Below are positions 51,130 through 64,000 of a DNA stretch of 64,000 bases, piece after piece. The stretch is from Octopus sinensis. Lineage: Eukaryota. Positions within the stretch are counted from its first letter, which is position 1, and each line of letters starts with the position of its first letter. The notes under the pieces are model-generated. The model saw nothing but the letters and a program-made list of their open reading frames with translations. It had not been told where the DNA came from and did not search any database. Location: the NCBI RefSeq assembly GCF_006345805.1, contig NC_043001.1, positions 129,828,001 to 129,892,000 of the forward strand, written 5' to 3'. The translations under genes were made by a program, and so were the position numbers.

Positions 51130-51510
51130 CTAGCTTGCTAACCAACCACATGGTTCCAGGTTCAGTCCCACTGCATGGCATCTTGGGCAAGTGTCTTCTG
51201 CTATAGCCCCGGGCCGACCAATGCCTTGTGAGTGGATTTGGTAGACGGAAACTGAAAGAAGCCTGTCGTATATATGTATATATATATATAAGTGTGTGTG
51301 TATATGTTTGTGTGTCTGTGTTTGTCCCCCTAGCATTGCTTGACAACCGATGCTGGTGTGTTTACGTCCCCGTCACTTAGCGGTTCGGCAAAAGAGACTA
51401 ATAGAATAAGTACTGGGCTTACAAAGAATAAGTCCCGGGGTCGATTTGCTCGACTAAAGGCGGTGCTCCAGCATGGCCGCAGTCAAATGACTGAAACAAG
51501 TAAAAAAAAA
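51130..51510 (+). mobile_element. SINE family A, young, slightly 5'-truncated; an older A 3' half lies at about 51806-52092
   Basis: Near-consensus from TAGCTTGCTAACC to GAAACAAGTAAAA. Confidence 0.9.
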
Positions 51511-51823
51511 AAAAAAGGTGAGAAACAGGTGATATACTTTTCCTACTCACCCTGAAGAAAACAATAGACGTCACTGACACCACGGAACGGAACGAGTGAT
51601 AAGAACAAGAAGGTAGCTGATATGGAAGCATCAATGACAACAAACAATCATCTGCTGATATATTATTGTTAGTGATTAACCCCAGGTTAAGGTAATGAGG
51701 ATCAAGATTCTACCTATGACCATTCCATCATTTTAGACAGACCATTTTAGTTATGACCATCATTTAGATTCATGTAATCCTGACTACATGTTCTGCATCA
51801 AGTCCGACTGAAAGAAGCCTGTC

Positions 51824-51868
<45 letters not shown>

Positions 51869-54371
51869 GGGGGGGTATATCTGTATTTGTTCCCCCTCAC
51901 CACTTGGCAACAGGTTGGGTGAATTTACGCCCTTGTAACTTAGCGGTTCAACAAAAGAGACCAATATAATAAGTACCAGGCCTTAAAAAAAAGAAAAGGT
52001 ACTGGCTTTGATTCCTTTAACTAAAAATTCTTCGAGATGGTGCCCCAGCTTGGCCGCAGTCTAATGACTGAAACCAGTAAAAGATAAAAGATAGAAGATT
52101 ATCTAAGAGATTATCTAATGCATCCTGAAATTAGATAATACAACAGGATGTGATTCTAGAGAGATTTGAGTGCTATTTCTAGCAGATCGAGTAACCAGTT
52201 AAAGGCTTCCACTGTGTCTGGCATATTGTTGTTGCTGGCACAAATTATGACATGACCAGTGAAGAAATGGTGTGGAGATGATATTGCCAGCGATGCGAGT
52301 ATTGTGACATTGCTACATTTATATCAACTGTGGTTGTGGTGGTGGGAGATCAGAATGGTGGCAGCAGTGTTGGCGTGAACAAACGGAGCATATCTATAGT
52401 CTGATAACAAGCTATTAAATGGAGATGAGGGGGGTTCAATTATTGCAACATCAACTGGACTTAAACACTTCTCGTAGGAGGTTTCTTTAATAGATATTTT
52501 TTTCTTTTATGTTAATCATTTATATTTTTTATATTTTCTTTTATTTTCTTATTTATTTATTTATTTTTGGATACAGAAGAGAGGGAAGGATGGTAAGTGC
52601 AAGCAAAATTATTTGAAAACAGTGGACATATTCTTTCTTATTAGACCAGTCAGACATTACAGTTGGCATTTTTGGAATTACAATAAATCTAGAATAAAGA
52701 GTTCATTACAACTGATTTACTAAGAACTTTATTGCAAAGCTAACCTCCTTCCACTCCTCTAGCCCAATCTCTTTACTTCACTCACATCATATACCACCAC
52801 CACTACCATAACTAAGGCAAGCAACCACCACCACCACCATCACCATCATCACCACCATCATCATCATCATCACCAGCAACACTGCCAGTGTATAAACTTT
52901 CTCCAATAAATCACACAGGCGATACAATATTAACTATCAGGTCTGACGTGATTTATGAGATCTTACAGATGTACTTGTGTGAAGAAAATATCAGTTAAAA
53001 AGCTGTTGTTATATTTATTGTTGATTCAGTGACATAAGTCTCAGTTGAAAAAAAAAAAAAAATAATGATAATAAACTACAGACTATTACTGCTATCACAA
53101 CCAAAATACAGTATATATGAATAAACTGATTTATTAGCGCTGCACAAATTTCATTGGGCCCTAGTTTTGAGTAAAACAGGCATATACATACATACATACG
53201 TACATACATATATATACATATATATATACATACATACATACATATATATATATACATACATATATATATACATACATATATATATATACATATACATATA
53301 TATATACATACATATATATATACATACATATACATACATACATACATATACATACATATATATATATACATACATATACATACATACATACATATACATA
53401 CATATACATACATACATACATACATATACATACATACATATATATACATACATATACATACATACATACATATACATATACATACATATACATACATATA
53501 TATACATACATACACATATATATGTATGTATGTTTATATATATATATTTATATTTATATATATACATATATATATCTAAATATACATACATATATATATA
53601 TATACATACATACACACCTATATATATATAATATATATATATATATATGAACATACACATGCATTTTTAAATGTGCACATACACAGATAGAAAGATAAGC
53701 ACATACACATAACCATATATACACATGTGTGTGTGTGTGTATACTGAACACATACAATTATATGTACATTAACACATGCATGTGTATGTATGTGTATGCA
53801 CACAAAATGTTTATATAAAAATGTAGCGGTAGTAGTAGTAGTAGTAATAATAATATAATAATAATAATAATAATACTTTTTTATTAGGCACAAAGCCCTT
53901 TAAAAATCACAATAATAATGTTAATAATGTGAGTAAAACACAAATAAAAGAACGGCAACAGCAACAACAACAATAACATTAACAATAATCAAAAGCACAA
54001 TTACAAATAATTTTGACACCTGAAATATTATCATTACAGCATGTTCACAAGAAATATTACAATATTAGTTGGAAAAATCAATGTTATAAACATTGTATGA
54101 TTAGTAAGCTGAATTAGATATAAATAGACTGCTAATAGAGTGACTTTCATTTATTTCATTTACTTATTCACATCGCTTTTCCCTTTCTTGTTTTACCATT
54201 GTTGATGTACTCACAAAAGATGGAAACAGTAAAATATATATATAAAAAAAAAATCTTTATTATTATTATTATTATTGTTGTTGTTATTTTGGTTATTGTT
54301 AATAAGGGCAGTAGATTTTTATTCTGAATTGTTAGAACATTGGAACAATATCTCCTATGGAATTTCTGGCA

Positions 54372-54836
54372 GGCGTATGAGTGGCTGTGTGGTAAGTAGC
54401 TTGCTTACGAACAACATGGTTCCGGGTTCAGTCCCACTGTGTGGCACCTTGAGCAAATGTGTCTTCTACTATAGCTTCACCCAACATCACTTGACAATCG
54501 ATGCTGGTGTGTTTGCATCCCCATAATATAGCAGGCCGACCAAAGCCTTGTGAGTGGATTTGGTAGACGGAAACTGAAAGAAGCCTGTCGTATATATGTA
54601 TATGTATATATATGTATGTGTGTGTATATGTTTGTGTGTCTGTGTTTGTTCCCCCAACATCACTTGACAATCGATGCTGGTGTGTTTGCATCCCCATAAC
54701 ATAGCAGTTCGGCAAAAGAGACCGATAGAATAAGAAACTAGGCTTACAAAGAATAAGTCCTGGGGTTGATTCGTTCGACTAAAAGCAGTGCTCTAGCATG
54801 GCCACAGTCAAATGACTGAAACAAGTAAAAGAGTAT
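54372..54836 (+). mobile_element. SINE family A with 54-bp internal templated insertion; an A 3' half follows (about 55003-55215)
   Basis: Collinear with 14363 apart from the insertion at 54480-54533. Confidence 0.9.
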
Positions 54837-55304
54837 CATTATTTTGTTTATTGTTAATAGGGCAGTAGATTTTTCTGAATTTTTAGAACATTGGAACAAT
54901 ATCTCCGGTGGAATTTCTAGCAGCTCTTTAATTTATGAGTTCAAATCCTACCAAAATTAACTTTATTTTTCATCTCTCCAAGATTAACAAAACAAATTAC
55001 CATGTTTGTGTGTCTGTGTTTGTCCCCCACCATCACTTGACAACCGATGTTGGTATGCTTGTGTACCCATAACTTAGTGGTTCAGCAAAAGAGACTGATA
55101 GAATAAGTACTAGGCTTACAAAGAATGAGTCCTGGGGTTGATTTGTTCGACTAAAGGTGGTGCTCCAGCATGGCTTCAGTCAAATGACTGAAACAAATAA
55201 AAGAATAAAAGAATTAAGTCCTGGTGGCATAGGTGTACACCCTCTGCTTAAAAGTGCTGACCTTGTGCCTAAATTAGGAACTGCCATTATTATTATTATA
55301 GTTA

Positions 55305-55530
55305 AGGCAGCGAGCTAGCTACCATTAGCATGCTGGGTGAAATGCTTAGCAGTATTTCATTTGCAGTATTTCATGTTCTGAGTTCAAATTCCGCTCAGGT
55401 CGACTTTGCCTTTCATCCTCTTGGGGTCAATAAATTAAGTACCAGTGAAATACTGGGTCGATGTAATCAATTCATCCCCTCCCCCAAAATGGCTGCCTGT
55501 GTGGCAAAATTTGAAACTGCTATTATTATT
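55305..55530 (+). mobile_element. SINE family B, diverged (others at about 49950-50130 and 56067-56280)
   Basis: GAGTTCAAATTCCGCTCAGGTCGACTTTGCCTTTCATCCTC. Confidence 0.8.
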
Positions 55531-55549
55531 ATTATAGCTATCATTGCTA

Positions 55550-55860
55550 GTGAAGGCAATTGGCTCACCTCACAATCAGAAGGTCGTGAGTTCAATTCCC
55601 AGTGGTTTACTGTGTCCTTGAGCAAAGCACTTTATTTTATGCTGTTCCAGTCTAACTCAGTCATCAAAAATGAGTTGTACCTGGAATTCAAAGGGCCATC
55701 CTTGTCACATTCTGTGTCATGCTGAATCTCCCTGAAAACTATGTTATAGGTATGTATGTCTGTGGAGTTCTCAGCCACTTACACAGTAATTTCAAGAGGA
55801 GGTTGTTCCATTGATTGTATCAGCTGGAATCCTTGTTGCCATAACCAACAGAGTGTCAGA
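55550..55860 (+). mobile_element. Chimeric SINE: D-type head plus standard C tail
   Basis: TGTGTCCTTGAGCAAAGCACTT then TGTACCTGGAATTCAAAGGGCC...GTCTGTGGAGTTCTCAGCCACTTACAC, as in the C tail. Confidence 0.75.
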
Positions 55861-56268
55861 TTTTTTTTTTATTGCTTGTAGAACTGTGAATGCATATTTT
55901 CTGGCTCTTCATGTCCTGAGTTCAAATCCTGCTGTGGCCAACTTGGTTTTTCATCCTTTCTGTGTTGGTAAAATAAAGTACCTGTCCAATACTGTGATCC
56001 TTGTCGTCGTCGTCGTCATCATCATCATTGTCATCATCATCATGATGATTATTATTATTATTATTAAGGTGGCGAGCTTTCAGAATCAGTAGCATGCTCA
56101 GCAGCATTTTGTTCATCTTGAAGTTCTGAGTTGAAATTCTGCTGAGGTTGACTTTGCTTTTCATCTTTTAGGGGTCGTTAAATTAAATTCCAGTTGAGTA
56201 CTGGGGTCGAAGTAAACGACCAGTATCCTCCCTCTAAATTTCAGGCCTTGTGGATATAGTAGAAAGGG

Positions 56269-56293
56269 TTATTATTATTAATTATTATTATTA

Positions 56294-56352
<59 letters not shown>

Positions 56353-56470
56353 GTTGTTGTTATTATTATTAATTATTATTATTATTATTACCGTTGTTGT
56401 TATTATTATTATTAATATTATTATCGTTGTTATTATTATTAATTATTAATTATTATTATTATTATTATTA
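56269..56470. repeat. Long (TAT)n tract with higher-order ACCGTTGTTGT variants
   Basis: Direct reading. Confidence 0.95.
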
Positions 56471-57150
56471 GGGTGATGGATTGGCAGAACAGAGCTTCAG
56501 ATAAAATACCTATATAAATATTCCACATAATTTAGGAATAATAGTAATCAAATATTGGATTAAGAAAACAGAGAAGCAAAAACGAAACATTACATCAGAT
56601 GGTCTTATTCTTAAATAAATACAATTCTTTTCCAATTGGCAAAAAAAAAATAATTACCAATTAAGATTCAACTATGAGAACTAAGTTTGCTCCAGTATAT
56701 GCAATGCAGTAATTAAATAATTGGGTCAAAAAGTGCTTCAAAAAGAAAAAGAAAATCATGGGATTGGTATAAGAGGACCTATGGACTGCTTTCTAAGATG
56801 GTACCCTTCTCAATAATTTACATTAAGTTCTGGAAGTTACAAAAAAGATGAGCACTACAAAATAGCCAATACTAGACATAATGGTAATTAAAAAGAACAC
56901 CAACACCACAAGTGAGATTATGAAGACAGATGTTCATCAGTACCTGATACGATCTTTCTCATACCAAACTTAACATTACATACTGTGTAGTCTAGAAAAA
57001 CTGTACCATTATTAATGATGTAACTACCAGAAAACATTGAGCAAAATACAAAAGGTTTATTCTAAAACAAACATATACATCCCCTCACTTACTTAAGATA
57101 GTATGGAACATACAAAAAATGTATCTATAGAAAAACTTTGAGCAACTATA

Positions 57151-57321
57151 GGCATAGGAGTGGCTGTGGGGTAAGTAGCTTGCTTACCAACCACATGGTT
57201 CTGGGTTCAGTCCAACTGTGTGGCATCTTGGGCAAGTGTCTTCTACTATAGCCTCAGGCCAACCAAAGCTTTGTGAGTGGATCTGGTTGATGGAAACTGA
57301 AAGAAGCCCATCGTATATATG

Positions 57322-57352
<31 letters not shown>

Positions 57353-57546
57353 TTGTGTTTGTCCCCCCCCCCAACATCACTTGACAACCGATGCCGGTAT
57401 GTTTACATCTCGGTAACTTAGCGGTTTGGCAAAAATGACTGATAGAATAAGTAACAGGCTTTCAAAGTCCTGGAGTCAATTTGAGTGACTAAAGGCGGTG
57501 CTCCAGCATGGCCACAGTCAAATGACTGAAACAAGTAAAAGAGTAA
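57151..57546 (+). mobile_element. SINE family A full-length copy
   Basis: Collinear with 14363. Confidence 0.9.
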
Positions 57547-58212
57547 CAAAAAAAAACAAGGAACTTATAACTAGTATATAATATCACTTGCAGGGATACG
57601 TAATACATGTAATTAGAATATTTTGAACATCTCCAACTCAGAGTAATAAATTAAAGGATTTAATTACTAAGAGAACACTCATTCAATTCAAATGACAATT
57701 AAACAACTTCAAACCATTGGTAACAAAGGCAAAGTTTGATTTACACAACAAAAAAAAAACTTCACACTATCTGAAAGCAATAACAATCACTGTAGCATAT
57801 ACCAGTTTATGCATGCTGATTATTATATCAATACAAAGACTGACAGAAAAATATAAATGCAAATTATAAAATCAGAAATCTGATTAACTGTAACAACTAT
57901 CTGAATTGTGAAGAAATATATATATTGTCCAGAGTGGAAATTCATTATCAGAGTAAATGTGAATACACCAACAGCAAGGCAGACCTTTATGTCAGACAGA
58001 TCCCACTAAGTGATCACTAGGAAATATGCTATGATAAAATATTTTAATATTCTTGTCTTCTAAATTTTCAAGACTGAAATGAAACTAAAAGAAAGGTAAA
58101 AGAAAAAATAAAATGTATATATCTGGTTAAGTTACAATCTGATTAACATATACATACATACATATGTGTGTGTATCTCCCTCTCTCTTTATATCTATCTA
58201 TCTATCTATCTA

Positions 58213-59502
58213 GGGTGCGGTGAATATATTATTATCCGCATTATACAAAAATGAAAATAACACTGACACTTCATTTTAACAGATATATTTACCAAAATTA
58301 CTTTAAAATATCTTGAAATACTTAAGAGTAAATTTATTCAATAAAATCGCCATTATTCAATAAAATCGCCATTGGCTTCAACCATGGACTCTAGATGACT
58401 TCAGAATCTCCTGCAAAGATTCTGGATGGTCTTCTTGCTGAAGTTGGTGAATGCTGCCATAATTATTGCCTTCAGTTCATCTTTGGTGTTACAAGGAATT
58501 TTGTTGATCTCTCGCTCAGCTGTGCTCCACACATAATAATCAAGGGGATTGCAGTGTGGGGAGTTAGGTGGCCAGATATTAGGGGTGAGGTAGTCACAGA
58601 AATTGTCTGACAGCCATGACTGAGTTCTCCTGCTTGTGTGAGATGATGCAGAGTCCTGTTGCCAGACATATGATCTTCCAGCAGCCACCATCTTGACCCA
58701 GGGCAGCACTACTTCTTCCAGGCACTCGATGTAGGCCTCCGTGTTTTGAGTCGGAGATCATGTGGGAAAATGAATGGAAGCATAATGTTGCCATCACTAG
58801 TGATTCCTCCAAGCACCATGATGTTGACTGGATGTTTGATTTTTATCACTCTCAGTACATGTTTTGGGGACACGGTAAGCCAGCGGTTGTTCTGTGTGTT
58901 CATCATCTGATCCTAGCAGAAATTTTTCTCGTCTGAGAAAAACCAAAGCATATTTGGTTGGAGGAGAAGCTTGAGTTTGTTTAAAAGCTTCGTAGTGTGG
59001 TCTATCACCTTGTCCTTGAAGGCTTTGAATAAAAATTGGCCCTTTCTCATCTTGTACAAGGAATACCAAATGCTTTCAAACACTACCTGCCTGATAAAAG
59101 ACTCAGACACTTCCATGTCTCTGGTGATGTACCTTATTGTCTATCATTGTCTATCATGGCCTGAATCACACCAGCAAGTTCAGATCTTTTCTTATCAGAA
59201 CGATCAGAGTGAGTTTTCTGAGCTATCGTAGCATCATAATCACCATTAGACTTGTTCTCTGCACTGTTCTCGGATTGACACACAAACACTCCGAAATGTT
59301 CGTATTGGAGCTTCAGGCATGAAAGCCAAGCAGTACAGCATGTCATTTCCAAATTGCTGGCAGAGTGAATTGCGTCATGGTGCTGTTTTTCTCACAGACG
59401 GTGATCAACTGACCCTACTATACTGTGTAGTCGACAAAATCAAAAACAATGTGCATATGTGAAATTAATATAAACTGGCGACAATTTACCTATCACACCC
59501 TG
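58213..59502 (-). mobile_element. Decayed DD37D (maT-type) Tc1/mariner DNA transposon, ~1.29 kb
   Basis: Triad fragments WFFSDEKNF, VWQQD and SP.CNPLDY with 37 residues between the 2nd and 3rd Asp. The frame remnant runs ATG 59378 to GDFIE-stop 58353. One end CAGGGTG has TA; the other end is a degenerate TIR. Confidence 0.85.
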
Positions 59503-59507
59503 TATGT

Positions 59508-59923
59508 CTATTCTTTTATTTGTTTCAGTTATTTGACTGTGGCCATGCTGGAGCACTGCCTTTAGTCAAAAAATCAACCCCAGGACTTATTTTTGTAAGT
59601 CTAGTACTTATTCTATCCATCTCTTTTGTCAAACTGCCAAGTTATGGGGATGAAAGCACACCAACATCAGTTGTCAAGTGATGGGAGGACAAACACAGAC
59701 ACAAAAATACATACATATACATACATACATACATACATATACATACATACATACATACATATTACAGGCTTCTTCGAGTTTCGATTTGCCAAATTTACTC
59801 ACAAGGCTTTGGTTGGCTTGAAACTCTAGTAGAAGTCACTTGCCCAAGGTGCCACACAGTGGGACCGAACCTGAAACCATATGGTGTGGAAGCAAGCTTT
59901 TTACCACACAGCTACATCTGTGC

Positions 59924-59927
<4 letters not shown>
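59508..59927 (-). mobile_element. SINE family A abutting the maT end
   Basis: Reverse-complement match, diverged. Confidence 0.85.
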
Positions 59928-59980
<53 letters not shown>

Positions 59981-60049
59981 GCCATATAATGGCAAAGGTG
60001 CTTTTAAATGTATGTTGTGTGGGTCTTACCCAAGATATATAATATTCTT

Positions 60050-60252
60050 TTCTCTTTTTTATTTGTTTCAGTCATTTGACTGTGGTCATGCTGGAGCGCC
60101 ACTTTAGTCGAACAAATCGACCCCAGGACTTATTCTTTCTAAGCCTAGTACTTATTCTATTGGTCTTTTTTGCCGAACCGCTAAGTTACAGGGACATAAA
60201 CACACCAGCATCGATTCTCAAACAATGGTGGGGGTACAAACACATATAGACA

Positions 60253-60289
<37 letters not shown>

Positions 60290-60422
60290 CTATATGATGT
60301 TTTCTTTCAGTTTCTGTCAACCAAATCCATTCACAAGGCTTTAGTCAGCCCGAGGCTATAGTAGAAGACACTTGTTCAAGGTGTCCCACAGTGGGACTTA
60401 ACCTAGAACTTTGTGGTTGGTG
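60050..60422 (-). mobile_element. SINE family A, diverged
   Basis: Reverse-complement match; head truncated in (TA)n. Confidence 0.85.
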
Positions 60423-61976
60423 TATATATATATATATAGTGTAATAAATAAAATATATGCATACATACAAACATATATGTACGTACCTACATCTGCATGT
60501 ATATATACATGCATATATAAATAAATATACGTGAGTACAGGACACCACAACTAGACGTAGAACTCAATGAGAAACGAAAATGGAAAAGCCATTTTTTTAC
60601 AACAGAAAAACAGAGACGTGGAACTGGACGAGAAACGAAAACGGGAAAAACATTTTTTTACAACAGAAAAACAAAGTACAGGACATACTACACAAGGAAA
60701 AATCTCCAATCATCAGCTGTCGCTAGTTAGACTCAAGCGTGTTTCGACGATATATATATATATAGCAAGAGAGAGAGAAAGAGATTCAGAAACCAAGACA
60801 AAAGATACACTTACTATTATTATCCTAATGATAATAATCATCCTTTCTATTATAGTCACATGGCCTGAAATTTGTGGGGAAGAGGGAGGAGTCTATTACA
60901 TCGACACCTGTACTTCAAATAGTACTTTACTTCATCAGTCTCAAAATGATGAAGGATGATGATTATCATTGCTTTAAATTTTGCTTGATTCTTTTGTTAC
61001 TAATTAATATGGCTTGAGTGGAAATGATATTGGTATATTTAAGAAAAATAGAAGAAATGAAAGTTTGTATAGACTAAAATAAAAATAAATGCTTTTAGTT
61101 TAGAGAAGGTGTGTGTGTGTGTTTGTGTGTGTGTGTGCATGCATGCACACAAATATATACAAACACCAACAGAAGACATACACAAATACACACATATATA
61201 TATTGATATTCAATGAGTGAGAGAGTAATAGAGACAGATAGAGAGAGAGGGAGATAGCTAGGAAGGTAATGTTGTGAAAATAAGCTCTCATAATATATAT
61301 TGCATCTTTGTTCTGGTTCTGATTCCCAGATGCAACTTTTTCAATTCACTGGAGTAAGGTATAAATATCAATTCTCTACGCTTCCACTCAATACACCAAA
61401 TATCACAGTTTTGTTAGAAATGAATATAAATAGTCAAACATGCGACTGTTATTTGATTCTATCTCATTGGGGAGTAAAATATTACACAATTTTTCAAGAA
61501 TGTCAGTAAAGATATATCTGTGTGCATGTAAGTGCATAAGTATGTGTGTGTAAGCATGTATATAAATATATATATATACATATATATATACATATATATT
61601 ATACATATATATATATATATATACATATATACATATACACATATACATATATACATATACATATACATATATACATATATATATATACTATACATATATA
61701 TATATACATATACATATATACATATACATATACATATATATATACATATATATACATATATAAATATATACATATACATATACATATATATATATATATA
61801 TATACATATATACATATATACATATACATATATATTTACATATGCATATATATATACATATACATATATAAATATATACATATACATATATACACATATA
61901 CATATACATATATATATATATATACATATATATATACATATACATATATATATATACATATACATATACATACATA

Positions 61977-62021
<45 letters not shown>

Positions 62022-62988
62022 ATGAAGTGAATTATTAATGTTATTTTGTTTCCTTTTCCTTAACAATATACTATAAGGCTTTAGAGTGAAATAATTATAT
62101 TAAGCATTAAGAACAAAAAGAAAATATGCTACGTTATTTTCCTAGTATTTGACACAAGTCATGTGGGTGCCATCACTGTGGGCATCGAGTCTAAACACAA
62201 GGGTTTTGTTCTCTACACCAATCTCTGTATATATATAACTCTGCTTCAATCCTATTCACCATTCTTGTCAAGGTCTCCAAGCTCATCTGTTTAAAAGCAG
62301 CAATGGATAAAATATGACATCTCTGACAGTTCTTGTAGATAAATACTGTGGCAGGCTGAAGCATGGAAGTATGCAGTATAACGGATGTTTTTGATTCTTC
62401 CTTCAAGAAATGAAGAAACAACAAGCTATGTCAAATATTTACATGTCCATATATTTGGTTTTACATCTATTTAATCGCAGCTCCTCTCAGAGTATCCTGT
62501 CCAATTTGCTGAATGGATAGCTTTGTGTCAGGCAAGCCAAATTTCTCAAAATGCGATATGTTGAGCTTAATTGCTGGGTTATCAGTTACTTAGTGAGAAT
62601 AAAACTTTCTTATGGGGACATACTGTTCTTAAAATGTAAAAGAATAACTTGATATAAAAGAAAGTATCCAATTGTCTTCCCAAAGGAAGCCATCTGCATT
62701 GAGGTAAAACCTGAAAAATGCCTCAATTGACTGTGGAAAACATTCATTACAATATTGCTTTATTATTTATATATTTATTCATCATTTAAACGACCACTGT
62801 TGTTTAAACAAAAATATAGGCAGAAATGTATATTATTCAACCAAATAAAAAAATTTATATTTATTATATTATATTTGATATATATATATGTGTGTGTGTA
62901 TGTATATTTATATGATGTCTGATATATATATATGTATATAAAAATATGATGTCTGAGATATATATATGTATATAAAAATATGATGTCT

Positions 62989-63051
<63 letters not shown>

Positions 63052-63066
63052 GTATGTATGTATGAG

Positions 63067-63415
63067 TGGAGGCGCAATGATTCAGTGGTTAGGGCAGTGG
63101 AGTCGTAGTCAAAGGATCACGGTTTCAATCCCCAGACCAGGCGTTGTGAGTGTTTACTGAGTGAAAACACCTAAAGCTCTATGAGACTCTGGCAGGGGGG
63201 GGGGGCAAACCATGCTGTATTCTTTCACCAGAACTTTCACTCTTTCTTCCTGTTTCTGTTGTACCTGTATTTCAAAGGGCCAGCATGACTGAGAACTACA
63301 TTAAGGGTACACGTGTCTGTGGAGTGCTCAGCCACTTACACATTAGTTTCATGAGCAGGCTGTTCCGTTGATCGGTTCAACTGGAACCCATGTTGTCGTA
63401 ACCAATGGAGTGCCA
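63067..63415 (+). mobile_element. SINE family C with internal deletion
   Basis: GGAGGCGCAATGATTCAGTGGTTAGGGCAG...GTCGTAACCAATGGAGTGC. Confidence 0.85.
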
Positions 63416-63473
63416 CTATATGTATGTGTGTGTGTGTATATGCATATATATAAACATCATATATATAATGTTT

Positions 63474-63514
<41 letters not shown>

Positions 63515-63631
63515 CTTGATAGACATACATACATACATATATATATATATAAATATATATATGATGCTTGATAGACATACATACATACATACATATATAT
63601 ATATATACATACATACATACATATATATATA

Positions 63632-63680
<49 letters not shown>

Positions 63681-64000
63681 CATATATTCTCACGAATCAT
63701 AAAAACAGCAGTAAAAATGTCAAAACTAGAAAATATAACTGTTCAGATGCGTACGAGAATAAATAAAAATAATGTATGTAAAAGTTGAATATTTAAGCAA
63801 AACACAGACATCACTCTTATATAATGTCACCTACTCACCCATCCACAGGTGAATTATTGATATAAGGTGGAATCTGCAAGATTTTATTGATTGAGCTTAA
63901 CTTATTTCAGAAAAGATTATTCATAATTCTATTCATATTTTGTTTTCTATCTTGAAATGACAACCAACTGCTTGATACATGAGAATACTTGTTTTGTTTT

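Noticed and set aside
60700-60750. Possible hammerhead ribozyme (GAAAC, GTC and CTGATGA on the minus strand)
   Set aside because: Stem II cannot close (T after CTGATGA versus C before GAAA), stem I does not pair convincingly, and the motif order is not the type I layout.
62895-62995. Small tandem duplications (~34 bp here; ~52 bp at about 63510-63590; 19 bp at about 58335-58372)
   Set aside because: Ordinary slippage products within or next to microsatellites or TEs.

Overview
AT-rich eukaryotic non-coding DNA saturated with microsatellites, most likely intronic or intergenic. The interspersed repeats match what I recall from Octopus (coleoid cephalopod) genomes; this is recognition, not a database search. 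No host protein-coding exon can be supported. Nearly every ORF in the track is a translation of (TA)n/(CA)n/triplet tracts or of SINE copies. Supported content: dozens of tRNA-derived SINE copies (working labels A-D), several decayed or truncated RTE-clade LINE fragments and their (TGA)n-tailed 3' ends, an internally deleted mariner with a nested SINE, a near full-length decayed DD37D (maT-type) Tc1/mariner element, a 507-bp non-autonomous Helitron, and two MITEs. I cannot demonstrate a new biological system. The most unusual signals are: near-perfect palindromes with 1-nt centres (9.0 kb, and a fused pair at 32.8 kb); visible head-by-tail module shuffling among the SINEs; an unassigned GC-rich ~360-bp repeat in two inverted copies; a SINE with an ~85-bp flanking duplication and a self-templated insertion; a 3x ~124-bp tandem unit; and a near-identical 1.3-kb tandem duplication. 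All alignments and coordinates were done by eye; boundaries of diverged copies are approximate.
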